Positions 1-11,448 are shown, counted from the stretch's first letter. The stretch is DNA of 64,000 nt from an uncultured Christensenella sp. (GCA_964494645.1 CAZBSH010000001.1:52627-116626), one strand, 5' to 3'. The notes: generated by a model not told the origin, from the sequence alone. Made by a program: numbers and translations.

Positions 1-903
1 ACAGGTGTTACGATATTCAACATGATCATGCAGCTTATTGGCGCGGGGATCAATATCATACTCGATCCGATTCTCATTTTCGGCATAGGACCGTTCCCGG
101 AGATGGGGGCGGCAGGTGCTGCGATTGCAACAGTGGTCGGACAGATCGTCGCAATGGGGTTTGGACTGTATTTTATCAGGCACAAAGCAAAAGAAGTAAA
201 CGTCACAATGAAAAAATTCCGTCCGTCGGGGCGGATCATAAAAGAAATATATAAAGTAGGCGTTCCTTCTATTATTATGCAGGCGCTGGTTTCGGTGATG
301 AACGTTGGGTTCAACTTCATTTTGGTAGGGTTTTCCGCTGCTGCGGTTTCGGTGCTGGGGGCATATTTCAGGCTGCAATCATTTATCTTCATGCCTGTGT
401 TCGGACTAACCAACGGAATGATACCAATCGTTGCCTATAATTATGGAGCAAGGCACAAACAGCGAATTCTGGATACTGTAAAATTTGCGGTGTTCTTGTC
501 GGTTGCAATCATGATCGTGGGGACGATCGTCTTCCAACTGTTTCCCGCGCAGTTGCTTGAAATGTTTAACGCAACGCCGGCAATGCTTGAAATCGGGGTA
601 AACGCGCTTCGTATTATCAGCCTTTGTTTTGCGTTTGCGGGTGTGGGGATCGTATTTTCGTGTGTGTTCCAGGCAGTGGGCAATGGTATGCTGAGTATGT
701 TGGTTTCGTTGTGCAGGCAAATTGTGGTTTTGCTTCCGGTGGCATACCTTCTTGCGCGGATTGGCGGAATAGGCAGTGTATGGTATTCCTTTCCGGTTGC
801 GGAGTGCGTGTCGCTTGTTTTGAGTATTGTATTTTATCGGTATGTATATAAGCGCTATTTGAAGGAATTGAGCAACCCTTTGGTAGAAGCGCCGGGGATG
901 TAG
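1..903 (+). CDS. MATE family efflux transporter (5'-truncated by window edge)
   Basis: Frame is open from base 1. Hydrophobic protein with MATE motifs NIILDPILIFG..GAAGAAIATV and AYNYGA. Confidence 0.9.
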   Translation, partial: TGVTIFNMIMQLIGAGINIILDPILIFGIGPFPEMGAAGAAIATVVGQIVAMGFGLYFIRHKAKEVNVTMKKFRPSGRIIKEIYKVGVPSIIMQALVSVMNVGFNFILVGFSAAAVSVLGAYFRLQSFIFMPVFGLTNGMIPIVAYNYGARHKQRILDTVKFAVFLSVAIMIVGTIVFQLFPAQLLEMFNATPAMLEIGVNALRIISLCFAFAGVGIVFSCVFQAVGNGMLSMLVSLCRQIVVLLPVAYLLARIGGIGSVWYSFPVAECVSLVLSIVFYRYVYKRYLKELSNPLVEAPGM

Positions 904-929
904 AGAAATGTTTTTTTTGGCTTTGTTTG

Positions 930-938
930 TGGTATAAT
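930..938 (+). promoter_or_regulatory. Extended -10 promoter (TGgTATAAT) for the aminopeptidase gene
   Basis: TGGTATAAT lies ~45 nt upstream of the ATG at 983, with RBS GAGGTG at 971-976. Confidence 0.55.
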
Positions 939-982
939 ATAACAAAGAAATAAAGACCACTAACATAAATGAGGTGAACAAA

Positions 983-2098
983 ATGGTAGATGAAAGAATC
1001 AAACAATTATGTCACACGCTGGTGAACTATTCATGTGGTGTAAAAAAAGGCGATAAAGTATTGATTGACGTTTCCGGATGTGATGATGCGCTTGCGGAAG
1101 AACTGGTCAAGGAAGTATATGCAGCAGGGGCATTGCCGTATTTTGAAACACCGCATAATAGAGTGCAGCGTCAGTGGTTGATGCAGGCATCAAAAGAGCA
1201 GATCGAAGATGTTACAAAATGGGGCAGTGCGCGCATGAAGGAAATGCAGGCGTATATCGCGTTCCGCGGCGGTGATAATGCGACAGAGCTCACGGATGTG
1301 CCTGCAGATAAGATGGAGATGTATCAGTCGATTTATGTAAAGCAGGTACATCATGATTTGCGCGTCAAAAAAACAAACTGGGTCATTTTGCGTTATCCAA
1401 CGCCTTCAATGGCGCAACAGGCAGGGATGAGTACAGAGGCGTTTGAGAAATTTTATTTTGATGTGTGTAATTTAGACTATGGAAAAATGTCAAAGGCAAT
1501 GGATCCGCTTGCGGCATTGATAAACAAAACAGACAAGGTACATATCAAAGGCCCGGGAACGGATATCACATTCTCTATCAAAGGGATCGGGGCAGTAAAG
1601 TGCGACGGACACCTTAACGTACCGGATGGTGAGGTATACACGGCACCTGTCAAAAATAGTGTGAACGGACGCATTACCTATAATACGCCGTCATTTCATC
1701 AAGGGTTTAAGTTCGAAAACGTCAGCTTGCTTTTTAAAGATGGAAAAATCATTGAAGCGACGAGTAACGACAATAAGCGGATCAACAAGATTTTTGATAC
1801 GGACGAAGGTGCGCGTTATGTCGGCGAGTTTTCGTTTGGCGTGAATCCGTATATCAATCGGGCTATGGGCGATATTTTGTTCGATGAAAAAATTGCGGGG
1901 TCGATGCATTTTACGCCCGGCAGCAGCTATGACGACGCATATAACGGAAACGAGAGCGCGGAGCACTGGGATCTGGTGCTTGTGCAAACGCCGGAAATGG
2001 GTGGCGGCGAGATTTGGCTTGATGATGTGCTCATTCGTAAGGATGGGATCTTTGTCGTGGATGAGCTAAAGGGGTTAAACCCTGAGAATTTGAAATAA
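983..2098 (+). CDS. Aminopeptidase, M29 (AmpS/PepS) family
   Basis: Motifs NVPDGEVYTAP, GEFSFG, ILFDEKIAGSMH and HWDLV. Start moved to ATG 983 after the RBS. Confidence 0.9.
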   Translation: MVDERIKQLCHTLVNYSCGVKKGDKVLIDVSGCDDALAEELVKEVYAAGALPYFETPHNRVQRQWLMQASKEQIEDVTKWGSARMKEMQAYIAFRGGDNATELTDVPADKMEMYQSIYVKQVHHDLRVKKTNWVILRYPTPSMAQQAGMSTEAFEKFYFDVCNLDYGKMSKAMDPLAALINKTDKVHIKGPGTDITFSIKGIGAVKCDGHLNVPDGEVYTAPVKNSVNGRITYNTPSFHQGFKFENVSLLFKDGKIIEATSNDNKRINKIFDTDEGARYVGEFSFGVNPYINRAMGDILFDEKIAGSMHFTPGSSYDDAYNGNESAEHWDLVLVQTPEMGGGEIWLDDVLIRKDGIFVVDELKGLNPENLK

Positions 2099-2099
2099 G

Positions 2100-2134
2100 A
2101 GAAAGGCGTGTGCAAGAATGCATACGCCTTTCTT
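2100..2134 (+). terminator. Stem-loop between the aminopeptidase gene and galE
   Basis: AGAAAGGCGTGTGCA...TGCATACGCCTTTCT inverted repeat. Confidence 0.55.
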
Positions 2135-2148
2135 GCGGGGGGCGCAAA

Positions 2149-3156
2149 ATGAAAAATATACTTGTTACAGGCGGAGCAGGATACATCGGAAGCCATATTT
2201 GTGTGAAACTTTTGGAGTCGGGCTATGGCGTGATCGTGATGGATAACCTTTCAAACAGCAGCATGAAAGCGCTGGAACGGGTGGAGCAGATTACGGGGAA
2301 GAAAATAGAATTTTATGAAGCGGATATTCGTGAGAAGAATGCGTTTGATAAGATTTTTGCGCAGCATGATATTTATGGTGTGATCCATATGGCGGGGTTA
2401 AAAGCGGTAGGAGAATCGGTCAAGCAGCCGCTTGATTATTTTGATAATAATATCACCGGAACGATCGTGTTACTGGAAGCGATGAAGGAACACGGCGTGA
2501 AGCGGATGATATTCAGTTCGTCGGCAACCGTTTATGGGACGCAGCAGAATATGCCGCTTACGGAGGACATGCCTACCGGTGTCACCAGTCCCTACGGCAG
2601 AACGAAGCTTGTGATAGAAGAGATGCTTCAAGACTTATATGCATCCGACCCGCAATGGTCTGTTTTGTTGTTGCGGTATTTTAATCCGGTTGGTGCGCAT
2701 AAAAGCGGTATGATAGGCGAGAACCCCAACGGAGTCCCTAATAATCTGATGCCGTATATCACACAAACCGCGATTGGGAAACGAGAGAGGTTGAGTGTAT
2801 ACGGAGGCGATTATGATACGCCGGACGGAACATGCCTTAGAGACTATATTCATGTGATGGATCTTGCTGGCGGTCATGTGGTTGCAATTGAAAAGTTGTC
2901 GAAAAATGGTTTGTTTATTTATAATCTTGGCACGGAGAAACCGACAAGCGTTCTTGGGATGGTGAAAGCGTTTGAACGCGCGAATGGTTTGACGGTAGAT
3001 TATAAAATCGTCCCGCGCCGCGAGGGGGATGTTCCGGTCTGTTATGCAGACGCGACCCGCGCAAAAGAGGAACTCGGCTGGACAGCGCAATATGATATAG
3101 AGGACATGTGCCGCGATAGTTGGAACTGGCAGCAGAAGAACCCAAATGGATACTGA
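2149..3156 (+). CDS. galE: UDP-glucose 4-epimerase
   Basis: Motifs ILVTGGAGYIGSH, AGLKAVGES, SSSATVYG, YGRTK, LRYFNPVGAH and RDYIHVMDLA. Confidence 0.95.
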   Translation: MKNILVTGGAGYIGSHICVKLLESGYGVIVMDNLSNSSMKALERVEQITGKKIEFYEADIREKNAFDKIFAQHDIYGVIHMAGLKAVGESVKQPLDYFDNNITGTIVLLEAMKEHGVKRMIFSSSATVYGTQQNMPLTEDMPTGVTSPYGRTKLVIEEMLQDLYASDPQWSVLLLRYFNPVGAHKSGMIGENPNGVPNNLMPYITQTAIGKRERLSVYGGDYDTPDGTCLRDYIHVMDLAGGHVVAIEKLSKNGLFIYNLGTEKPTSVLGMVKAFERANGLTVDYKIVPRREGDVPVCYADATRAKEELGWTAQYDIEDMCRDSWNWQQKNPNGY

Positions 3157-3169
3157 TTTTCAAAGAATG

Positions 3170-3201
3170 AAAAAACCCTTTGCATAGGGCAAAGGGTTTT
3201 T
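3170..3201. terminator. Bidirectional intrinsic terminator between galE and fba
   Basis: AAAAAACCCTTTGC-atagg-GCAAAGGGTTTTT between convergent genes. Confidence 0.85.
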
Positions 3202-3215
3202 GTTTTCGGCAAAAC

Positions 3216-4145
3216 TTATGCTTTGTTGTCGCAGCCGAGGACATCTACGATCTTATGCGCAACCATTGCTTTGATCGCATCACGCGCGGGAGCAAGATAC
3301 TGGCGCGGATCAAAATCCGCGGGATGCTCTGCAAAGTGTTTGCGGATTGTCCCTGTCATTGCAAGACGAAGGTCAGAGTCGATGTTGATTTTGCAAACGG
3401 CACTTTCCGCTGCTTTGCGCAGCAGATTTTCCGGAACGCCCTGCGCACCCGGCATATCTCCGCCATACGTATTGATCATTTCCACAAACTCCGGAATAAC
3501 GGAGGAAGCGCCATGCAAAACGATGGGGAAACCGGGAAGGATCCTTGTTACTTCCTCAAGGATATCAAACCGCAGTTTGGGTTCGCCTTTGAATTTGAAT
3601 GCGCCGTGGCTCGTACCGATCGCGATCGCGAGGCTGTCACAGCCCGTTTTGGTAGCGAACTCCAAAACTTCTTCCGGTCGTGTGTAGGAAGAATCCTCAT
3701 GGGATACTTGAATCTCATCTTCCACGCCGGCAAGGCGGCCGAGCTCGCCCTCGACAACAACACCGCGATCATGCGCATATTCAACAACGCGCTTTGTAAC
3801 AGCGATATTTTCTTCAAAGGAAAGATGAGAGCCGTCGATCATGACGGAGGTAAATCCGCTGTCAATGCAGGATTTGCACGTTTCGAAACTGTCGCCGTGA
3901 TCAAGATGCAGGCAAATTGGAAGACCTGTATCTTCTAAAGCAGCCTCTACGAGCTTTGTGAGATAGATCGGGTTTGCGTAGTTGCGCGCGCCCTTGGAGA
4001 CTTGCAGGATCAGCGGAGCGTTCAGATCTTTTGCAGCTTCTGTGATCCCCTGAATGATCTCCATGTTGTTCACGTTAAAAGCGCCGATGGCATACCCGCC
4101 GTCATAAGCTTTCTTGAACATTTCTGTCGTGGTAACTAATGGCAT
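3216..4145 (-). CDS. fba: Class II fructose-1,6-bisphosphate aldolase
   Basis: Motifs AIGAFNVNN, LHLDHG, SVMIDGS, VEGELG, GTSHGAFK, VLHGASS and KINIDSD. Confidence 0.95.
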   Translation of the reverse strand: MPLVTTTEMFKKAYDGGYAIGAFNVNNMEIIQGITEAAKDLNAPLILQVSKGARNYANPIYLTKLVEAALEDTGLPICLHLDHGDSFETCKSCIDSGFTSVMIDGSHLSFEENIAVTKRVVEYAHDRGVVVEGELGRLAGVEDEIQVSHEDSSYTRPEEVLEFATKTGCDSLAIAIGTSHGAFKFKGEPKLRFDILEEVTRILPGFPIVLHGASSVIPEFVEMINTYGGDMPGAQGVPENLLRKAAESAVCKINIDSDLRLAMTGTIRKHFAEHPADFDPRQYLAPARDAIKAMVAHKIVDVLGCDNKA

Positions 4146-4252
4146 GACAAAATCCTCCTTAAAAATATTGATACATGCTAAGACAAAATTATTATACTAT
4201 TTGATAGGCAAAATAACAACAGTCCAAACGGAAATGTTCATGAAAAGAGGGA

Positions 4253-4281
4253 TTGACAGACGGAAAGCAAAAAAGTAGCAT
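4253..4281 (+). promoter_or_regulatory. sigma-A promoter for the SMR/EamA pair
   Basis: TTGACA-N17-TAGCAT followed by RBS GAGGAGG. Confidence 0.55.
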
Positions 4282-4306
4282 AGAATGTGCTGAGGAGGGT
4301 GTATGA

Positions 4307-4672
4307 ATGGGTCAATCAACAAAGAAAACAGACTGGCGAAGCGTTGTCTTCTTGCAACTAATCATTGTTGTATATACGTTTTCCGGTGTGTTTGGAAAGA
4401 TGGCGACAAACGGAAACGACTTTATGTCCGCGATGTTTATTATTTTCGTGGTGCTGGATGTTGCGGTGCTGGGCGTTTACGCCCTGTTGTGGCAGCAGGC
4501 GCTTAAGAAATTTGATCTGCATGTCGCGTATGCAAACAGGTCGTTGGCTACGATTTGGTCGATGGTGTGGGCGGCGCTTATCTTCCAAGAAAGGATCACC
4601 GTGCCAAACATAATCGGTACAGCTTTGATTATTGCGGGTGCGATGTTGGTGAATACAGATGCTGAGCGTTAG
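4307..4672 (+). CDS. Small 4-TM SMR/EamA-like transporter subunit (ArnE/F-like)
   Basis: 121 aa with 4 hydrophobic segments. WQQALKKFDLHVAY and FQERIT..NIIG patterns are typical of DMT-superfamily proteins. Confidence 0.75.
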   Translation: MGQSTKKTDWRSVVFLQLIIVVYTFSGVFGKMATNGNDFMSAMFIIFVVLDVAVLGVYALLWQQALKKFDLHVAYANRSLATIWSMVWAALIFQERITVPNIIGTALIIAGAMLVNTDAER

Positions 4673-5000
4673 TAGTTTTGTGATTATGTTATGCGGCGTT
4701 ACGATTGCGGCATTCTCGCAGATTTTGTTGAAAACCAGCGCGAATATTGAGCATGGCGGGTTCTGGAAACAGTACCTTAACTGGCGCGTCATTATGGGAT
4801 ATGTGATGCTTCTGATATCCATGCTGTTTGCGGTGTGGGCATATACGGGAATGGATTACAAGTATGGACCGGCAATCGAATCGGTCGGATTTGTTATTGT
4901 AGCAATTTTGAGTTGCCTTATCCTAAAAGAAAAATTGACAAAAAAGAAGATCATCGGTAACATTTTGATTGTAGCGGGGCTGGTGGTTTTCTGCCTGTGA
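4659..5000 (+). CDS. Small 4-TM SMR/EamA-like transporter subunit (ArnE/F-like)
   Basis: 113 aa overlapping its partner. Motifs SQILLK and LKEKLTKKKIIG. Confidence 0.75.
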   Translation: MLSVSSFVIMLCGVTIAAFSQILLKTSANIEHGGFWKQYLNWRVIMGYVMLLISMLFAVWAYTGMDYKYGPAIESVGFVIVAILSCLILKEKLTKKKIIGNILIVAGLVVFCL

Positions 5001-5008
5001 AAAAGTGA

Positions 5009-6112
<1,104 letters not shown>

Positions 6113-6189
6113 GAGGCTGCTAATAAAGGGCTTCATATCGAAACTCATGTGAGATCCATTTAGCAAACTTACAGTTAGCAACAGAAAAA

Positions 6190-6241
6190 GAAAATCGCAT
6201 CTCTTCCACGTGTACAAAGACATGGGAGGTGCGGTTTTTTT
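6190..6241 (+). terminator. Intrinsic terminator after gap
   Basis: CGCATCTCT...GGGAGGTGCG stem followed by a T7 run. Confidence 0.65.
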
Positions 6242-6333
6242 ATATTACAATATCGGCAAGGTAGTAGACATTACGTAAAGTAACGAATATAATAAATATA
6301 AGTCGATTTAATTTCCATCGAAAGGGAACCAAT

Positions 6334-9111
6334 ATGAAGCTGAAAAATGTGTTAGTTGTTTTCATGGCAGCTTTTTTGCTTTGTACATATCCTGCCGGTG
6401 TGCGGGCAGAAGGGAATGCGTCGCTGCCTACGGCTTCGCCGACACAGGAGCTTTCCGAAAAAGAAAACCCGGATGCTACGTTAGAGCCAACGCAATCGCC
6501 ATTGCCCTCGGCTTCTGAAAACACTCCTTTTATTGAGCCTGAACCGAGTGCGCCGCCTGTAGAGGACGTTCCTGCGGAAGTTGTAATGCAGGAGGCAGAG
6601 AAAACGCCGGTGGAAGACGAAGGAGCAGGTGTGGTCTATGAACCGGGAGTTGTTCTCGTATCTTTCAAACAGGATATGGCGCCCATGCAGGCAATGGATC
6701 TGTTGCAGGAAACGGAAATCATTACCCAAGAAGCAATCGACGAAACAACAATAAAGAAAAATGATCCGGTGTTGGTGGAAATCGAGCCTTATATGACGGT
6801 GGAAGAGGCTGCTGCGGTCTTAAATGAAAATCCGGTGGTGGAATATGCGCAGCCAAATTATCTGTATCATGAACTGGAATCACAGGATTATGGGGAGTAT
6901 GCCACGACGACAATCAATGATCCGCTTGTGTCGCAACAGTGGTATCTTGAAAATATTAATGTGTATGAAGCATGGGATTATCAAAAAACGAATCAGGCGG
7001 TTAAGGTTGCTGTAATTGACAGCGGCATTGTAACCACTCATCCTGATCTTAGGAATAATATTGATTTTGCAAATGCTTATGATGAATATTGGGACAGGCC
7101 GCTTATCGACGATATCAGTGGTCATGGAACGCATGTGGCGGGCATTGTGGCTGCGGAAGCCAACAATGGAATAGGGATGGCCGGCATATCGTACAATGCG
7201 TCAATTGTTCCGATTAATGTATTTCGTATTGATCCGGTTCAAGGGGCGGTAGCAAGTACAAGCGATATTTCCGATGCCTATAATCGTATTATGAATATTG
7301 AAAATCTTCGAGTAATTAATATGAGCCTTGGACAGTATAATTCCTATGATCGTGTATTGGAGCAGAAAATCGATGAAGCAACAGCTAAAGGGATTATGAC
7401 GGTATGCGCAGGGGGCAATGGTGATAAGTATGGCGTTGGGCGCGAGTGGCCGGTTTATCCATCTGATTTTAAAGCGTGTGTATCAGTGGTGCCGATAGGT
7501 GAAAACGATCAACGTCCCGGCTGGGCAGACTACAATGAGCAAAAGGATATTTCTGCACCGGGGCTGAAAATATGGAGCACATCTGCTGCGGGCGACGGGG
7601 CTTGGTATGAAATCAAGCAGGGGTCGTCTATGGCTGCGCCGGTAGTAAGCGCGGTGGCGGCGATGATATTTGCGGCAGATCCATCTTTGAGTGTTCAGCA
7701 GGCCAAGGACATTATGTATTCCACTGCAATTGACATAGGAGATGCCGGAAAAGATATTTATTATGGTTGGGGAAAAGTAAATGCGGCAGGTGCAGTAAAG
7801 AAGGCACATATGTTGGCGGATACAAAGGCACCGACGCTGCAAAAGATCGACAAAAGCGCAGACCCGTCAACAGCTCCGATTTTTTATGTGGCTGCACAAG
7901 GGGTAACGGACGATAAGAGCGGCGTCAAATCTGTTCAGCTTGCCGTATGGAGCGAAAAAAATGGGCAGGATGATCTGAAATGGTATGATGCGATAAACAA
8001 TATTGGAAATGGTTGGTTGACAGGAATTGACGTGCGAAACCACAAAAATGATACGGGACGTTACCAGATCCATATTTATGGAACGGATGGGGCCGGAAAC
8101 AGAGCATTGATGGGAACGACAACGATCGTTTTGGATCATATAGATACAAAGGCTCCAACGCTGCAAAAGATCGACAAAAGCGCAGACCCATCAAAAACAC
8201 CGGTGTTTTATATCGCGGCGCAAGGGGTAACGGACGATAAGAGCGGCGTAAAATCGGTACAATATGCGGTGTGGAGCGAAAACAATGGGCAGGACGACCT
8301 GAAATGGTACGATGCGATAAACAATGGATATGAGGGTTGGTTTGCAGGCATTGACGCGCGCAATCACAAAAATGATGCCGGACGTTACCAGATCCATATT
8401 TACGGGACGGATAATACGGGGAATCGTGGATTGATGGGAGCGACAACGATCGTTTTGGATCATAAAGATACAAAGGCTCCAACGCTGCAAAAGATCGAAA
8501 AAAGCACAGACCCATCAAAAACACCGGTGTTTTATATTGCGGCGCAAGGGGTAACAGACGATAAGAGCGGCGTAAAATCGGTACAATATGCGGTGTGGAG
8601 CGAAAACAATGGGCAGGACGACCTGAAATGGTACGATGCGATAAACAATGGATATGAGGGTTGGTTTGCAGGCATTGACGCGCGCAATCACAAAAATGAT
8701 GCCGGACGTTACCAGATCCATATTTACGGGACGGATAATACGGGGAATCGTGGATTGATGGGAGCGACAACGATCGTTTTGGATCATAAAGATACAAAGG
8801 CTCCAACGCTGCAAAAGATCGAAAAAAGCACAGACCCATCAAAAACACCGGTGTTTTATGTCGCGGCGAAAGGGGTAGCCGACGATAAGAGCGGCGTGAA
8901 ATCTGTGCAGTGTGCGGTGTGGAGCGAAAACAATGGGCAGGATGACCTGAAATGGTATGATGCAACCAATGATACAGTTGGCGGATGGGTGATCGGAGTA
9001 GATATTTGGAACCATCAAAGCGATAAAGGCAGATATCAAGTCCATATTTATGGAACGGATAATGCAGGGAACAGAGCCTTGATGGGGACAACAACGATGA
9101 CGGTATTATAA
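6334..9111 (+). CDS. Secreted S8 (subtilisin-like) serine peptidase with 4 C-terminal GBS Bsp-like repeats
   Basis: Signal peptide and catalytic triad motifs VAVIDSG / HGTHVAG / GSSMAAP. Four 108-aa repeats with AVWSExNGQDDLKWY and YQIHIYGTD. Confidence 0.9.
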   Translation: MKLKNVLVVFMAAFLLCTYPAGVRAEGNASLPTASPTQELSEKENPDATLEPTQSPLPSASENTPFIEPEPSAPPVEDVPAEVVMQEAEKTPVEDEGAGVVYEPGVVLVSFKQDMAPMQAMDLLQETEIITQEAIDETTIKKNDPVLVEIEPYMTVEEAAAVLNENPVVEYAQPNYLYHELESQDYGEYATTTINDPLVSQQWYLENINVYEAWDYQKTNQAVKVAVIDSGIVTTHPDLRNNIDFANAYDEYWDRPLIDDISGHGTHVAGIVAAEANNGIGMAGISYNASIVPINVFRIDPVQGAVASTSDISDAYNRIMNIENLRVINMSLGQYNSYDRVLEQKIDEATAKGIMTVCAGGNGDKYGVGREWPVYPSDFKACVSVVPIGENDQRPGWADYNEQKDISAPGLKIWSTSAAGDGAWYEIKQGSSMAAPVVSAVAAMIFAADPSLSVQQAKDIMYSTAIDIGDAGKDIYYGWGKVNAAGAVKKAHMLADTKAPTLQKIDKSADPSTAPIFYVAAQGVTDDKSGVKSVQLAVWSEKNGQDDLKWYDAINNIGNGWLTGIDVRNHKNDTGRYQIHIYGTDGAGNRALMGTTTIVLDHIDTKAPTLQKIDKSADPSKTPVFYIAAQGVTDDKSGVKSVQYAVWSENNGQDDLKWYDAINNGYEGWFAGIDARNHKNDAGRYQIHIYGTDNTGNRGLMGATTIVLDHKDTKAPTLQKIEKSTDPSKTPVFYIAAQGVTDDKSGVKSVQYAVWSENNGQDDLKWYDAINNGYEGWFAGIDARNHKNDAGRYQIHIYGTDNTGNRGLMGATTIVLDHKDTKAPTLQKIEKSTDPSKTPVFYVAAKGVADDKSGVKSVQCAVWSENNGQDDLKWYDATNDTVGGWVIGVDIWNHQSDKGRYQVHIYGTDNAGNRALMGTTTMTVL
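7819..9108 (+). repeat. Four tandem 324-bp units encoding Bsp-like domains
   Basis: GATACAAAGGC.CC.ACGCTGCAAAAGATC recurs at 7819, 8143, 8467 and 8791. Units 2 and 3 are almost identical. Confidence 0.95.
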
Positions 9112-9154
9112 AGCCATAGATAATAAAAGATAAAATAACAAAGGGGGAAGGAAA

Positions 9155-11410
9155 ATGAAAAGAAAGTTGAGACAAGTGGTAGCAGTGCTAGTATGTTTGT
9201 TATTGTTTTTTTCATCGACGACAATAGCAATGGCACAAGATGTTGCGGACGTTGCCCGGGAGGAGCCTGTACCGGAAGCAAGCAATGTACAGCAACCGTT
9301 GGTGGGAGAAGAAGATAAGCCGCCCACTGCGCCAACATCGGAGCCGGCGACTGATGCGGCGGAAGGAACGGTACAACCGACGCAGATGCCGGAGGAAGCG
9401 AACAAGATAGAATCGGGACAGGAAGATGTTTTGCAGATGCCGGATGCGTCAGAAACTGCGGCGGAAGAAAGTGCCGCTGTTCCGATGGAAGCGGATACAA
9501 AAGCGCCGACGCTGCAAAAGATCGAAAAGAATGCCGATCCGTCAAGCGGTCCCGTTTTCTATGTAGCGGTCAAGGGAGTAGCGGATGACAAAAGTGGCGT
9601 GAAATCTATACAAGCGGCCGTCTGGAGCGAAAACAACGGACAGGATGATCTTGCGTGGTATGATGCGGTACAAGCGGGTACGGATAGTTGGTTGTTTACA
9701 GTGGATGTACGCAAGCAAAAAAATGATACAGGGAAATATCAGATTCATATTTATGGCACGGATAATGCGGGGAACAGGGGATTGATGGGGACCACCACAA
9801 TTACCTTAGACCATACAGATGGTAAGGCGCCGACGCTGAAAAAAATCGAAAAAAGTGCTGATCCCTCCATCAGTCCTGTTGTTTATGTGGCGGCGCAAGG
9901 AGTGACAGACGATAAGAGCGGTGTGAAGTCTGTACAATACGCTGTTTGGAGCGAAAACAACGGACAGGATGACTTGAGATGGTACGATGCAATCAGCAAT
10001 GGCGGAACGGGTTGGTCTGCGGGGATTGATGCGCGTAACCATAAAAATGATACAGGGCGGTATCAGGTACACATTTATGGGACGGATAACGCAGGCAACA
10101 AAGGTCTAATGGGCATGACAACAGTTGTGTTCGACCACAAAGACAGTAAAGCGCCGACGTTGCAGAAGTTCGAAAAAAGCAACAACAGCAGCAATAATCC
10201 GGTCTTTTATGTTGCGGCAAAAGGTGTGACAGATGATAAGAGCGGCGTTCAGTCGGTGCAATTTGCTGTATGGAGCGAAGTGAATGGACAGGACGACTTG
10301 AGATGGTACAATGGTATGAAGGAATTAGGTGCGGATTGGACGATCGGAGTTGATGTGCGTAACCATAACATGGATGGGGGGCAATATCAGGTTCATGCCT
10401 ATGGTACAGATGGCGCAGGAAACAGGGCATTGTTGGGAAGCGTTACAGTACAGTCGTTCTTCTTTGATCGGGAAGCGCCGGTGATGCAAAAGATCGAAAA
10501 GAGCGCTGACCCTTCGACAGGACCTGTGGCTTATATTGCAGCGCAAAATGTACGGGACGATAAGACAGGGGTGAAATCTGTTCAATTTGCGGTGTGGAGC
10601 GAAAACAACGGACAGGACGACTTAAGATGGTATAATGGTGTCAGCAATGGCGCGGGAGGATGGAGCGTTGCGATCGATGCACGCAACCATAAAAATGATA
10701 CGGGACGTTATCAGATTCATGCATATGGTACGGATAATGTAGGAAATAGAGGTGTGATGGGAACGACGACGATCGTATTCGATCATCGCGATACCAAGGC
10801 GCCCACGGTCAAGGCTGCGAATATTATGGACGGCGACGCCTATGGCGGATCGAAAGTAATATATCTCGGTGGTGTTGCGGACGATAAATCGGGCGTCAAG
10901 TCTGTCAGGGCAGCCATTTGGGGCAGCGACAACGGACAAGATGACCTGAAATGGTATACCTTTACCAATCGTGGTGGCGGGAACTGGGATGCGTCTTTAA
11001 GCCTATACGATCATGGTGGAATGTTCTTTGATGAAGGCATCTATAATGTACATGTTTATGTGGAAGATAACGCCGGGAATAGCGGATGCGCCTATACAAC
11101 ACAATTTTATGTGGCATATGCAGAAGCGTCCACCAGAGAATCAACGACAACACATTATCACCCATATTTTGATTCTATATGGGTCAAAGATATTAAGTGC
11201 TCGACGGGTATTCGTACTATTGTCTTTAATATGTATAATGGGATGGGCGATGATATCTATGTAGTGGCGAACGGCACTCCGTCGTTTGCGACGGCATATT
11301 TGCAATTGGACGAAGTAGCATATCCATACGGAGTTTGGAACTTAGATGTTTTGGTGATGGATGCGAGAGGGCGCTGTGTACTGGCAGATGAATATGTATT
11401 CTATGTCTGA
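9155..11410 (+). CDS. Secreted protein with 5 GBS Bsp-like repeats and no recognisable catalytic domain
   Basis: Signal peptide, acidic Pro/Glu-rich linker, repeats at 324-bp spacing (9494, 9818, 10142, 10466, 10790) and a short unique C-terminus. Confidence 0.85.
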   Translation: MKRKLRQVVAVLVCLLLFFSSTTIAMAQDVADVAREEPVPEASNVQQPLVGEEDKPPTAPTSEPATDAAEGTVQPTQMPEEANKIESGQEDVLQMPDASETAAEESAAVPMEADTKAPTLQKIEKNADPSSGPVFYVAVKGVADDKSGVKSIQAAVWSENNGQDDLAWYDAVQAGTDSWLFTVDVRKQKNDTGKYQIHIYGTDNAGNRGLMGTTTITLDHTDGKAPTLKKIEKSADPSISPVVYVAAQGVTDDKSGVKSVQYAVWSENNGQDDLRWYDAISNGGTGWSAGIDARNHKNDTGRYQVHIYGTDNAGNKGLMGMTTVVFDHKDSKAPTLQKFEKSNNSSNNPVFYVAAKGVTDDKSGVQSVQFAVWSEVNGQDDLRWYNGMKELGADWTIGVDVRNHNMDGGQYQVHAYGTDGAGNRALLGSVTVQSFFFDREAPVMQKIEKSADPSTGPVAYIAAQNVRDDKTGVKSVQFAVWSENNGQDDLRWYNGVSNGAGGWSVAIDARNHKNDTGRYQIHAYGTDNVGNRGVMGTTTIVFDHRDTKAPTVKAANIMDGDAYGGSKVIYLGGVADDKSGVKSVRAAIWGSDNGQDDLKWYTFTNRGGGNWDASLSLYDHGGMFFDEGIYNVHVYVEDNAGNSGCAYTTQFYVAYAEASTRESTTTHYHPYFDSIWVKDIKCSTGIRTIVFNMYNGMGDDIYVVANGTPSFATAYLQLDEVAYPYGVWNLDVLVMDARGRCVLADEYVFYV

Positions 11411-11448
11411 CAAACAAATGGTATCTATGTAATTTATAAGCAGCCAAG

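Noticed and set aside
7867-9175. Repeated minus-strand ORFs (three of 99 aa and one of 416 aa)
   Set aside because: They are by-products of the 324-bp coding repeats on the plus strand.
7819-11110. Regularly spaced repeats as a possible CRISPR array or shufflon
   Set aside because: The units are 324-bp in-frame protein domains with no unique spacers, no cas genes and no inverted cassettes.
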